DNA from: an uncultured Gemmatimonadaceae bacterium | GTDB lineage: Bacteria > Gemmatimonadota > Gemmatimonadetes > Gemmatimonadales > Gemmatimonadaceae | Length of the DNA stretch: 64,000 bases | Direction: 5' to 3' | Assembly: GCA_963843845.1 (NCBI GenBank) | Contig: CAWJMB010000002.1 | Coordinates: 1,728,001-1,792,000, forward strand | Shown here: one piece after another, positions 42,896 through 52,965 of the stretch | How positions within the stretch are numbered: the stretch's first letter is position 1 | How the letters are laid out: each line of letters begins with the position of its first letter | Translations under genes and position numbers: made by a program | The notes under the pieces: model-generated | Databases searched by the model: none | Seen by the model: only the letters and a program-made list of their open reading frames with translations | Told to the model about the DNA's origin: nothing

Positions 42896-44749
42896 TCAGT
42901 CAGTCCGTACGACGGTCGGCGCGCTCGCGACGCCGCTCGGGCTGAGCGCGCTGATCGCCGCCATCGTCGCGCGCTCGCCACTCGGGGTGCGCAGCGACAG
43001 GGTGCGCACGTTGCCGGGCACCGTGCGTAGCGACCACGCGCCGGCGGCATCGCGCAGCTGAACGACCCACCAGCGCACGGCCGCGCTGTCGCCGACGGCG
43101 ATCTGTGCGACCGGCCCGAACGCCGCCTCGGGCGGGGTGCCGAGCATCGCGCCGGTGCCTAACGCGCCTGACGGTCGTGCTCCCAGCGGCCGAGTCCCCG
43201 GCGCGCCGAACGTCGGCACCGCCGCGACCACCGGGCTCACGGGGCTCGCCGGGACGCCGACCGGGACGCTCACCGACGCGGCGAGCGTCGGGTCGGACGT
43301 CGCCGCGCACGCCACGACCCGCGGTGCCCCGGGCGCGCCGGCGCCGAGCCACGGACTCGCGGGCGGCACGGCCGCCGTCGCGTAGCTGTCCCGCGTGAGC
43401 CGGACGCCCAACGGCGACCCCGGGGCCATCGCCGCCAGTCGGAAATGAAAGTGGCCCTCGGACTCGCTGCTCCCCGTCCGAGTGCCGCGCAACTGCCGGA
43501 TCTGCGCCGGGATCTCGGCGACCGGCCACGGAGCGCCGCGCGACGCGACACGCATCGTGAACAGGCCGGGCCACAGATGCCTGCCCAACAGGTTCTCGCC
43601 GCGCCACCACGCGTCCAGCCGTGTGAAGCGACTCTGCTCGCCATCGAGCTGCCAGTAGAGCTGCGGCGCGAAGTAGTCGACCCAGCCTTCGCGCAGCCAG
43701 CGGCGCGTGTCGGCGTACACCTCGCTGTACGAGTCGAGGCCGGTGAGTCCGCGCGGACTGCCGGGGCGCCAGATGCCGAACGGGCTGATCCCGACGAGCA
43801 CCCACGGCTTGCGCGCCTTCACTTCCTTGTAGAGCGTCGCCACGAGCTCGTTCACGTTCGCACGGCGCCAGTCGGCGCGCGACGAGAATCCGGCGCCGTA
43901 CTCGCGCCACGACCGGTCGTCGGGGAACGCGATCGTCTCGTGGCTGACGACCGTCCGTCGCGTGCGGCCGCTGCCGACTCGGCGCCGGACGGTCGTCGTC
44001 TCGAGGTAGGGGTAGAAGTAGTCGTCGAGGTGAACGGCGTCGATGTCGTAGCGTTCGACGACCTCGAGGATGCCGTCGACGACGTCGCGACGGGCCGCCG
44101 GGTAGCCAGGGTCGATCCACGTCTGCGAGCCGTAGCGCACGATCCACTCGGGGTGGCTCCGACCGAGGAAGAGCGCGCCGACGTTCGCGCGCGCGTCCGG
44201 CGTGGCGGCGCGGAACGGGTTGAACCAGGCGTGAAGCTGCAGCCCGCGCCGGTGCGCCTCGGTCACCGCGAACGCGAGCGGGTCGTAGGTCGGCGCGAGC
44301 CGGGAGCGGACCGCGCGCAGCAGGTAGCTCGACCACGGCGCGCGCTGCGTCGGATACATCGCGTCGGCCGCAGTGCGAACGTGCAGCACCACGGCGTTCA
44401 GGCCGAGCGCGACGGCGCGGTCGAGCACCGCGATCAGCTCGGCGCGTTGCGCCTCGGCGGACATGTCGGGGCGCGACGGCCACTCGCCGCCCTCGACCGG
44501 CGATACCCACGCCCCACGCAGCTCGCGCGCGATCGCCGGCACCCCCGCGGCCGCGACCTCGTCGGGCCGCAGCGGCACGGTGCACGCATCGGCGACCGCC
44601 GGGCGAACGAACGGGCGCGCGGAGAGCAGGGGCAGCGCACCGACGAGGGCCAGGAGCGCGCCGACGATCCGACGCTGCGAGACGCGGCCGCCGGCAGCGG
44701 ATCCGCCTGCGGCGCCGCGAGGGACAGGACGCGACGAGAAGTGAGGCAC
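42896..44749 (-). CDS. Exported GHL10/DUF187 (YddW-like) glycoside hydrolase
   Basis: ELRGAWV, YDPL, HAWFNPFR, HLDDYFYP, GISPFGIWR and DYFAPQLYW motifs. Confidence 0.88.
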   Translation of the reverse strand: MPHFSSRPVPRGAAGGSAAGGRVSQRRIVGALLALVGALPLLSARPFVRPAVADACTVPLRPDEVAAAGVPAIARELRGAWVSPVEGGEWPSRPDMSAEAQRAELIAVLDRAVALGLNAVVLHVRTAADAMYPTQRAPWSSYLLRAVRSRLAPTYDPLAFAVTEAHRRGLQLHAWFNPFRAATPDARANVGALFLGRSHPEWIVRYGSQTWIDPGYPAARRDVVDGILEVVERYDIDAVHLDDYFYPYLETTTVRRRVGSGRTRRTVVSHETIAFPDDRSWREYGAGFSSRADWRRANVNELVATLYKEVKARKPWVLVGISPFGIWRPGSPRGLTGLDSYSEVYADTRRWLREGWVDYFAPQLYWQLDGEQSRFTRLDAWWRGENLLGRHLWPGLFTMRVASRGAPWPVAEIPAQIRQLRGTRTGSSESEGHFHFRLAAMAPGSPLGVRLTRDSYATAAVPPASPWLGAGAPGAPRVVACAATSDPTLAASVSVPVGVPASPVSPVVAAVPTFGAPGTRPLGARPSGALGTGAMLGTPPEAAFGPVAQIAVGDSAAVRWWVVQLRDAAGAWSLRTVPGNVRTLSLRTPSGERATMAAISALSPSGVASAPTVVRTD

Positions 44750-44816
44750 TGTATATCAGACGCTGAGTCGGCCGCGATCGTTGCGCGCGCGGCCAGTGGC
44801 CGATACGTACTCCGCC

Positions 44817-46196
44817 ATGCACCCCACGATCCGTTCGCTCGCGCCCGCCGTCGCGGCTGCGTCGGCGCTCGCCGCATGTGGGCGCGGCGCGGGGAAGCCT
44901 CCCGCGTCGCTCACGACCGCCGCGCTGCCGGTGAGCGAGCCGGCGACGATCGTCCTTCCCATCACGATCCCCATGCGCAGCGTGCGGGCGCAGCTCGAGC
45001 GCGCGATTCCCCGCGCCGACAGCGTCGACCGCGCGCGCTGTGCGTCGCTCGCGGGGGCGATCTGCCACCAGTACGTCTTCCGCCGCGACTCGATCGCGCT
45101 CACAGTCGTCGGCGATCGGGTCGCCATGCTCGCCGCGCTCCGCTATCGCGGCCGCGTGTCGCTCCCGACCGGCGGCAGCGTCGGGAGCTGCGGCTACGCA
45201 CCCGAGCCGATGCGCCGCGCCGAGCTGCGCTTCGCGACGACGATGTACTGGACGACCGCGTGGCGCCTCGCATCGCGCAACACGTCGCTCACCACGACGC
45301 TCCCGGACCGGTGCGAGGTGACGCTGCTCCGGGTGGACGCGACGCCGCTCATGCGACGCCTGGCGGAGGCCCAGCTCGCGCGCGCCGTGCAGTCGGTCGA
45401 CTCGGCGCTCCCGACGCTGATCGATCTGCGTCGGCCGGCCGACTCGCTCTGGCGCGCGATGCAGCGGCCGATGGCGCTCGATGCGGCCAACTCGGTCTGG
45501 CTCGTCATGAGCCCAGAGGCGATCGGTCTCGCGCCGGTGGTCGGATCCGGCGCGACGATCCGGAGCGGCCTCACGCTGATCGCGCGCCCTCGTGTGGTGA
45601 GCGGCGCGCGGCCCGACGTCGCCGTGCGGCCGCTTCCTCCGCTCTCGATCGCGCCGGCGGGGGCGGGGCTGCGCGTTCCCGTGCAGCTCGAGCTGCCCTT
45701 CGCCGACGTGAGCCGCCGCGCGACCGACGCGCTCGTCGCCGAGACGGCGCGCGAGCCAGTCAGCGTGTCGCGCGTCGACGTGAGTGGCGCGGGAGACTCG
45801 GCGATCGTGCGCATCGAGCTGCACGGACGGCTGAACGGGACGCTGACGATGGCCGCCCGTCCGCGGTTCGAGATCGCCAGTCGCACGCTCGTGTTCGACG
45901 ACCTTCAGTACACGATCGCGAGTCGCGACCTGCTCACCCGCATGAAGGCCACCCTCGGCGCGCCGCTCATTCGTCGCGCGATCGAGCGGGCGACGAGCGG
46001 CGGCCGCGTCGCGTTAGGCACGCAGCTCGACTCGGCGCGCTACCAGCTCGACCGGCAGCTGAACCGGCCGCTGTCGCCCGACCTGCTCGTCGGCGGGGGC
46101 GTGAGGGCGCTGCGGGTGACCGGGCTGCACATGACGCCGACCGCGTTCGTCGTCCGGGTGCTGCTCGAGGGCGAGGCCGGGCTCTGGGCGCGCTGA
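44817..46196 (+). CDS. DUF4403-like lipoprotein
   Basis: LAAC lipobox; beta-rich sequence with WLVMSP.AI and LVFDDL.Y segments. Confidence 0.7.
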   Translation: MHPTIRSLAPAVAAASALAACGRGAGKPPASLTTAALPVSEPATIVLPITIPMRSVRAQLERAIPRADSVDRARCASLAGAICHQYVFRRDSIALTVVGDRVAMLAALRYRGRVSLPTGGSVGSCGYAPEPMRRAELRFATTMYWTTAWRLASRNTSLTTTLPDRCEVTLLRVDATPLMRRLAEAQLARAVQSVDSALPTLIDLRRPADSLWRAMQRPMALDAANSVWLVMSPEAIGLAPVVGSGATIRSGLTLIARPRVVSGARPDVAVRPLPPLSIAPAGAGLRVPVQLELPFADVSRRATDALVAETAREPVSVSRVDVSGAGDSAIVRIELHGRLNGTLTMAARPRFEIASRTLVFDDLQYTIASRDLLTRMKATLGAPLIRRAIERATSGGRVALGTQLDSARYQLDRQLNRPLSPDLLVGGGVRALRVTGLHMTPTAFVVRVLLEGEAGLWAR

Positions 46197-46216
46197 GCCG
46201 CCGGCACCGGGACGCC

Positions 46217-46255
46217 AGAAGCCCCTCACCGACCCGTCGTCGGTGAGGGGCTTCT
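46217..46255. terminator. Hairpin terminator, probably bidirectional
   Basis: AGAAGCCCCTCACCGAC-CCGTC-GTCGGTGAGGGGCTTCT, 17-bp perfect stem. Confidence 0.75.
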
Positions 46256-46282
46256 CGCATGGCCGACTTCGAGGCGAGCGCC

Positions 46283-46415
46283 TCGACCCGCACCACGCTC
46301 CGGCTTCCGAATCCACGGACACCGGCGGCAGCGCCAGCTGTTACCGGACGCTACCGGTGACCTTGGACGTACGGGAAGACGTAGACAAAGGATCACCTCC
46401 TTGATGCGGGTTCGA
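46283..46415 (-). ncRNA. Putative structured ncRNA, copy B, with an extended SD and a possible 15-aa sORF
   Basis: Closing stem TCGAACCCGCA/TGCGGGTCGA; -10-like TATTTT at 46449-46454; hairpin downstream; shares blocks with 39013-39191. Confidence 0.55.
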
Positions 46416-46570
46416 CATAGTCCGAGGACTGGGGACAGACAGCGACGGAAAATACACAGTGCACCCGGGCGTGTTCCACCGTGTTCTTCGCCGTCGGCGC
46501 TTGCCCGAATCGCGCCCGCCGCACACCGTTCGGGGTTCGCTCTCCTCGCCGCACCCATTCCTTCCCTCGC

Positions 46571-48770
46571 ATGCGCCCAGCCTTCGCGATCTCACTCGTC
46601 ACGCTTGCCACGCTGCCGCTCGCCGCGGGCGCGCAGCCGGCCAAGCGCGCGTTCGCGCTCGCCGACTGGTACAAGGTCACCACCGTCGGCTCGCCGAGCG
46701 TGTCGCCAGACGGCAAGCGCGTCGCGTTCACCGTCACGACGGTGCGCGAGGCGGAGAACAAGCGCCACACCGAGGTGTGGGTGGCGCCGATCGCCGGCGG
46801 TGGCGAGCCGATGCGGATGACGTCGCCGAGCACGGAGAGCACGAATCCGCGCTGGTCGGCGGACGGCAGGTATCTGTTCTTCAGCTCGACCCGACCGAAC
46901 GTGCGCGGGAACACGTAGCGCCTGCGCATGGACGGTCCGGGCGGCGAGGCCGAGGCCGTCGAGGGCATGCAGCCGACGAGCTGGTCGCGCGACGGCCGCG
47001 TGCTGGTGTTCGGCGACACGTCGAGCGGCGCGGCGCGCGACTCGACGGCGCGCGACCCGTTCGCCCGCATGCAGCCGATGGCACGCCCGCCATTCGGCGC
47101 GATCACGCGCCCGGCCGACCCGACGCGCTTCGACGGCCGGCACGTCGTCGACATGGGCTACAAGTCGAACGACCGCGGCTACGTGCCCAACCGCCGCGAG
47201 GCGCGGCGCTACGACGCGTCGCAGATCTGGGTGCAGGTCGGCGGCGCTCCGCGGACGCAGATCACGACGGCGACGTTACTCGAAGCGCGGCGTCGACGGT
47301 CTCGCCCGGACGGGAAGTGGGTCGCCTTCCTCGCCGACGCGCAGCTGCGCCCCGACTCGGTCGTCGAGGCAGAGCGCGATTCGCTCGCGTAGCTGCCGTA
47401 CGACGCGACGCGTGACGAGGCGCGACGCAACGACGCCGATCTGTTCGTCGTGCCCGCCGACCGGCGGCGAGCCGCGGCTGCGTCGCGAAGTACGCTGGGC
47501 GCCGAGAGCGACCTCGTCGTGGTCGCCGGACTCGCAAGCGCATCGCGTTCGTCGGCCGCCCGTCGCGCACCAAGTCGTCGCGCCTCTACGTCGTCGACGT
47601 CGGCGCGACGCCCGCGACGCCGACCGAGCTGTTCGGCGCCTGGCAGTACGAGCCGGACGCGATCGACTGGCTCCCGAACGGCGACGCTGTCGATGACCGC
47701 GTCGGTCGGCGGGCGCTCGGCGATGTTCACCGTCTCGACCTCGACGAAGAAGCATGACGGAGAGTGTTCGGCGGGCGGCGCCAGATCCGCGGCGCGTCGT
47801 ACGACGACGCGAGCGCCGTCGTCGCGTACGTCGCGACCGACATGACGAAGCCGACGGAGCTCTACGTCGCCGACACCGACGGACGCAACGAGCGGCGTCT
47901 CACCCACTTCAACGACGCGCTCAACGCGCGAGGTCGCGTGGAGCGACGCCGAGCGCTTCACCTACCCGAGCGTCGGCGGGCTCGAGATCGAGGGCTGGCT
48001 GATGAAGCCGTACGGCTACCAGCCGGGCAAGAAGTATCCGGTGGTGCTCTACATCCACGGCGGTCCGCACTCGCGAGTACGGCGAAGGGTGGTTCGACGA
48101 GTTCCAGAACCTCGCGGCGCAGGGAATGTACGTGCTGTTCACGAACCCGCGCGGCTCGAGCGGCTACGGCGCGGACTTCACCTACTCGCACGCGCGGCCG
48201 GTGGGGCGCCGAGGACTACGAGGACCTCATGAAGGCGACGGACATCGCGGCGAAGCGGGCCGACGTGGACTCGACGCGCATGGGCGTCACGGGCGGCTCG
48301 TACGGCGGCTTCATGACGGCGTGGATCACGACGAAGACGAACCGCTTCACGCGCGGCACAGACCGACCGCATGATCACCGACTGGACGTACTGGTACGGC
48401 GCGTCCGACGCGCAGGGGCTCACGGAGTTCGAGTTCTACGGCAAGCCGTGGGACAACTTGGCGATGTACGACACGCTCTCGCCGATCCGCTACGTGTACG
48501 AAGGTGCGGACGCCGACGCTGATCGTGCAGAGCGAGGAGGACTTCCGCACGCCGATGGGCAGCGCCGAGATGTGGTTCATGGCGCTCAAGAAGCAGGGCG
48601 TGCCGGTGGAGCTGGTGCGCTACCCGCGCTCGACGCACGAGCTCTCGCGCACCGGTGAGCCGTGGCTGCTCGTCGACCGGCTCGGGCGGCTGCGGCAGTG
48701 GTTCGGCTACTGGCTGCAGGATCAACGCGCGGCAGCCACGACCGCGGCGGCAGGCGGGACGCGAGACTGA
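46571..48770 (+). CDS. Exported S9-family (prolyl oligo/acylaminoacyl) peptidase, multiple frameshifts and two in-frame TAGs
   Basis: Signal peptide, SPDG propeller repeats, IHGGP, NPRGS, GGSYGG, ED.RTP and YP...HEL motifs. Confidence 0.85.
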
Positions 48771-48775
48771 CTGCC

Positions 48776-50176
48776 GTGGCGGTGACGATCTCGGATCGCG
48801 ACGCGGCGCCGGAGCAGGACCCCGGCGCCGCGTCCGCACATACGCCCCCGCTCACCCTCACCGACGCACGGCTCGACACCGTCGTCAGTGCGGCCTGGGA
48901 GCTCGAGCTCGTGATCGCCGGCGGCGTCACGTTCGCGCTGTTTCAGTTGCCGGGATCGCTCGAGAACGCGCGGTCGTGGCTGAACACGCGGGCGACGAGC
49001 ATCCCGGCGGTCGTGGTCGAGATGGCGTTCGTCTACATCAAGATCACAGTGTACGTCCTGCTCGGCGCGTTCCTGCTGAACCTCACGGCGCGGGCCTACT
49101 GGGTCGGACTCGTCGGGTTGCACTCGGTCTTCCCGCGCGGGATCGACTGGGAGAAGCAGCGCATGGGACCGGCGTCGCGCGACGTGTACCGCGAACGCCT
49201 GCCGTCGCTCCCGGCCGTCATCGGGCGGGTCGACAACTTCGCGAGCATCATCTTCTCGTTCGCGTTCCTGATCGTGATCGTCGTGATCTTCTCGCTCGCG
49301 TCGGTCGGCGTCTTCGGCGGCGTCGCATGGGGCGTGAACGCGGTCTTCTTCGGCGGACGCAGCGTCGTCTCCTTCCCGATGGTCGCCGTGGTGCTCGCGC
49401 TCCCCCTGGCGACGTTAGGCATCGTCGACAAGACGTTGGGTCCGCGCTGGCCCGCCGACAGCGTCGCGGGGCGCCGCCTCCGACGACTGGTGCGGGTCGT
49501 CTCGACGATGAACGGCGCGTCGATTTTCGGGCCGATCCTCCTGACGCTGTTCACGAACCTTCGGCGGGGCGTGATGAGCGCGCTCTTCTACGCCACCTTC
49601 TTCGCCGCGTGTGCGCTCGGGGTGGCCGAGCTCTTCCTGCGACTCGGGATCGTCGCGGCGGGCTCGCCCCGCTACGTGCCCGACAACGCAGAGGTGCGCG
49701 GCGTGGTGGCCGACTACTACGAGTCGCTGCGCGGGGCCGACTCGCCGCCCGCCGTGCCGACGATCCAGTCCGATCTCGTCGACGGGCCGTACATCCGCCT
49801 CTTCATCCCGTACATCGTGCCGCGCCACGATCCGGCGCTCGCGAGAGGCTGTGCCGGTGCGCGCCCGCTCCGAACGACGCGCATTCATCTTCGGGCACGC
49901 ACGGACGACCTGACGGCGGCGGGGCTGAGCGCCGATACCGTGCTGCAGTGCCTCGTCCGGATGCACGCCATCACGCTCGACGGCGTCGCGCGCCCCGACG
50001 TGCCGCTGCGCTTCTACACCCACCCCGGCACCGGGCAGCGCGGGATGCTCGCCTACATCCCGACCGCGCCGCTCGCCGCGGGCGCCCACATGCTGACCGT
50101 GATGCCGCCCCCGCGCACGCCGACGAGCAGCAATCCGAACCCCCTGACCCCGTACCTGATCCCGTTCCAGCGGTAG
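48776..50176 (+). CDS. Hypothetical multi-pass membrane protein
   Basis: WELELVIAG, RAYWVGLVGL.SVFP.GI and IQSD segments; several TM helices. Confidence 0.75.
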   Translation: MAVTISDRDAAPEQDPGAASAHTPPLTLTDARLDTVVSAAWELELVIAGGVTFALFQLPGSLENARSWLNTRATSIPAVVVEMAFVYIKITVYVLLGAFLLNLTARAYWVGLVGLHSVFPRGIDWEKQRMGPASRDVYRERLPSLPAVIGRVDNFASIIFSFAFLIVIVVIFSLASVGVFGGVAWGVNAVFFGGRSVVSFPMVAVVLALPLATLGIVDKTLGPRWPADSVAGRRLRRLVRVVSTMNGASIFGPILLTLFTNLRRGVMSALFYATFFAACALGVAELFLRLGIVAAGSPRYVPDNAEVRGVVADYYESLRGADSPPAVPTIQSDLVDGPYIRLFIPYIVPRHDPALARGCAGARPLRTTRIHLRARTDDLTAAGLSADTVLQCLVRMHAITLDGVARPDVPLRFYTHPGTGQRGMLAYIPTAPLAAGAHMLTVMPPPRTPTSSNPNPLTPYLIPFQR

Positions 50177-50201
50177 CGGCGCGTCGACCCGCCTCTACGT
50201 G

Positions 50202-52124
50202 TCAGGCCGCCGCCGACAGCGACTGCGCGCAGACGACGCCGTGCGACCTCGCGATCCGCACGACCTCGTCGGCCGAGATCACGTCCTTCGCGAGCAATGC
50301 GTCGGCGACGGCCTGCACCGCGTCGCGGTGCTCACGCACGAGCGACTCGGCGCGGTCGGCCTGGGCGCGGATCAGCCCGCGTACGGCGCCGTCGATCTGA
50401 CCCATGAGCTGCGAGCTCGCCTGCCCGTTCGGCGACGAGGCGTCGGCGCTGATGAGCCCGACCTCGTCGCTCATCCCGAAGTCCGCGACCATGCGCCTCG
50501 CGACGTTCGTGGCTTGCACGAGGTCTCCGCCCGCGCCCGACGTCACCGCGTCGTCGCCGAAGAACACGACCTCGGCGGCGCGCCCGCCCAACGCTTTGGC
50601 GATGACGCCGAGCAGGTACCGGCGCGTGTGGAGGTGGCGGTCGACGTCGGGGGCGAAATGCGCCGCGCCCAACGATCGGCCGCGCGCCTCGATCGTCACC
50701 TTGTGCAGCTTGTCCTCCGGACACGCGATCAGGCCGACGATCGCGTGGCCGGCCTCGTGGAGCGCGACGAGCCGGCGCTCCTCGTCGCTCACCGTGACGC
50801 CGGCGCGCACGCGGCCGAGGAGGATCTTGTCGCGCGCCTGTTCGATGTGCGCGTTCGTGACCTCGGCCGACTCGTCATGGACGGCGATGATCGCCGCCTC
50901 GTTCAGCAGGTTCGCCAGCTCCGCGCCGGAGTGGCCGACGGTGAGGGCGGCGAGCCGCTCGAGGTTCACGTCGGCGGCGAGCTTCGACGACTTCGCGTGG
51001 ATCTTCAGGATCTCGATGCGGTCCGCCGTCGTCGGGAGCGCGACTTCGACGACACGGTCGAAGCGTCCGGGGCGGCGGACCGCCGGGTCGAGCATGTCCT
51101 CGCGGTTCGTCGCCGCCATCCAGACGATCCCTTCGCTGCCGACCATCCCGTCCATCTCGACGAGCAGCTGGTTCAGCGTGACCTCTTCCTCCCCCGAGCG
51201 GTTCGGCCGGCCGCGGCGCCCGCCCAACGAATCGAACTCGTCGATGAACACGATGCAGGGCGCGGCCTCGCGCGCCTGCTTCGCGAGCTGACGCACGCGC
51301 TTGGAGCCGACGCCGACGTACATCTCGTTGAAGTCCGAGCCCGCGGCCTGGATGACCGAGACGCCCGCCTCGCCGGCGACGGCGCGGGCCAGCAGCGTCT
51401 TGCCGGTGCCGGGCGGGCCGACGAGCAGGATGCCCTTGGGGCACTTGGCTCCCATCGCCCGAAAGCGATCCGGATGCTTGAGGTACGCGATGACGTCGCG
51501 GAGATCCGCCTGCGCCTCGCGGGCACCGCCGACGTCGTTCAGCGTGAGCCGGCGCGACGCCGGGGTCGTCGTGAAGCGCGCGCGGGCGGCGCCGCCGCGC
51601 GTTCGCACGACGGTGAAGCCGATGACGCCGACGAGCAGCAGGAAGCTGAGGAGCTGCAGGAGCTGCTCGGACGTCATTCCGTCCGACTCCCGGACGTGCA
51701 CGCGCGCCCCCGTCTGCCCCCACCGCTCCAGGATCTCGACCGAGACGCCGCGCGGCGGAACGTTCGCGGCGACACGGCTCGCGACCTTCAGGCCGACGAG
51801 CTGCTTCGCCTTCAGCGTGGCGACGACGCGGTCGGTGCCTTCGTCGACCATGATGTCGGCGACGTCACCTGCCGTGATCGCCGCAGACAGCTCCGAGAAC
51901 GCGACCATCGGGATCGTCTCCGCCGGGGCATGGAGCATCCGCCAGGCGATCGTTCCCGCGACCGCGATCGCGACGACGAGCGCGATGGGCCAGTACCGCA
52001 CCGGTCCGCCGCTTCGTGCGAGCAGGCTGAAATTCGCGCGCGTTCGGAAGTTGCGGCGTTCCTTCGTTGGAGACTCGGGCTGCTGCGTCGAGCGGAGGAC
52101 GGACGGCAGACGGAAAGGGGGCAT
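50202..52124 (-). CDS. Second FtsH-like AAA+ zinc metalloprotease
   Basis: Two TM segments, [21 protein letters not shown] and HEAGH motifs. Confidence 0.9.
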   Translation of the reverse strand: MPPFRLPSVLRSTQQPESPTKERRNFRTRANFSLLARSGGPVRYWPIALVVAIAVAGTIAWRMLHAPAETIPMVAFSELSAAITAGDVADIMVDEGTDRVVATLKAKQLVGLKVASRVAANVPPRGVSVEILERWGQTGARVHVRESDGMTSEQLLQLLSFLLLVGVIGFTVVRTRGGAARARFTTTPASRRLTLNDVGGAREAQADLRDVIAYLKHPDRFRAMGAKCPKGILLVGPPGTGKTLLARAVAGEAGVSVIQAAGSDFNEMYVGVGSKRVRQLAKQAREAAPCIVFIDEFDSLGGRRGRPNRSGEEEVTLNQLLVEMDGMVGSEGIVWMAATNREDMLDPAVRRPGRFDRVVEVALPTTADRIEILKIHAKSSKLAADVNLERLAALTVGHSGAELANLLNEAAIIAVHDESAEVTNAHIEQARDKILLGRVRAGVTVSDEERRLVALHEAGHAIVGLIACPEDKLHKVTIEARGRSLGAAHFAPDVDRHLHTRRYLLGVIAKALGGRAAEVVFFGDDAVTSGAGGDLVQATNVARRMVADFGMSDEVGLISADASSPNGQASSQLMGQIDGAVRGLIRAQADRAESLVREHRDAVQAVADALLAKDVISADEVVRIARSHGVVCAQSLSAAA

Positions 52125-52378
52125 ACTGAGGACGATGGCGGGATCGGCCACGCGCGGGGGCGCGGCGCGGCCGAGGGCGAGCGGCACTTCGCAGACGACG
52201 GGCGGGAAACGGCTGTAACACCCGCTCCGGCGACGCGATCGCGCTGCACCGAACTACGTCGCGGCCAGACAAAGGTTCCCACGGTCAGGGCCACCGGACC
52301 GTGCGATCGCTCAGTGTAGCGCCCGCCCAACGCTCGTTCACCGGCGCTGCTGACGAGGCGGCGCCGAAAGCTGGTCGA

Positions 52379-52918
52379 TCAGTCAGCGACCGCCGCGGCC
52401 GACTCCGCCAGCGCGAGCACCTCGTGCACGGTCGTGCGGCCGCGGTCACGCGCATACCAGGTGCGAACGTGGCGATAGCGCTCGTCCTTCTCGAGCTGGC
52501 GACCCTCGGTAACCACCCACGCCTGCAGCTCGCGCGGCCTCGGACCCCACCAGGCGCGCTCGACGAACGCCTCGTCGAGCAGGAGCACGATCGGGATCGA
52601 GCGCGACCCGTTCGTGAGGTGCGCGTCCATGAGCTCCGGGTTGTCCTCGCGCCCGACGATTCGCAGGTCGAGGTTCGGCGCGAGTTCGGCGAGGCGCGCG
52701 AGGTGGGGCACGGTATTCACGGCATCGCCGCACCAGTCCTCGACCATGACGAGCAGGTGCCAGCGGCCGCCGATCGCCGTCGCCCGCGCGACCGCGTCGG
52801 ATGGCACGCGGACCAGGCGATACGTGTCGCGCCAGAGCTGCGCGTTCTTGACCGCGCGCTCGAGGAATTCGGCGAAGTGGAGGGCGGACTCGTAGCGAGC
52901 GCGAAGTGGGTCGGGCAT
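52379..52918 (-). CDS. Thioredoxin-family protein, monothiol WCGDA
   Basis: EDWCGDA, NGSRSIP and WGPRP motifs. Confidence 0.85.
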   Translation of the reverse strand: MPDPLRARYESALHFAEFLERAVKNAQLWRDTYRLVRVPSDAVARATAIGGRWHLLVMVEDWCGDAVNTVPHLARLAELAPNLDLRIVGREDNPELMDAHLTNGSRSIPIVLLLDEAFVERAWWGPRPRELQAWVVTEGRQLEKDERYRHVRTWYARDRGRTTVHEVLALAESAAAVAD

Positions 52919-52965
52919 ATCGGTCGAGGATAGCACGGGAGGTGCCGCGCGCCTCGGAGGCGCGA

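Noticed and set aside
46390..46402. GGATCACCTCCTT read as a 16S rRNA fragment
   Set aside because: No flanking rRNA sequence; better read as an extended SD on the minus strand
46916..47392. Two in-frame TAGs in the S9 peptidase read as amber recoding or pyrrolysine
   Set aside because: The gene is also full of indels, TAG is a normal stop elsewhere in the window, and no pyl genes are present
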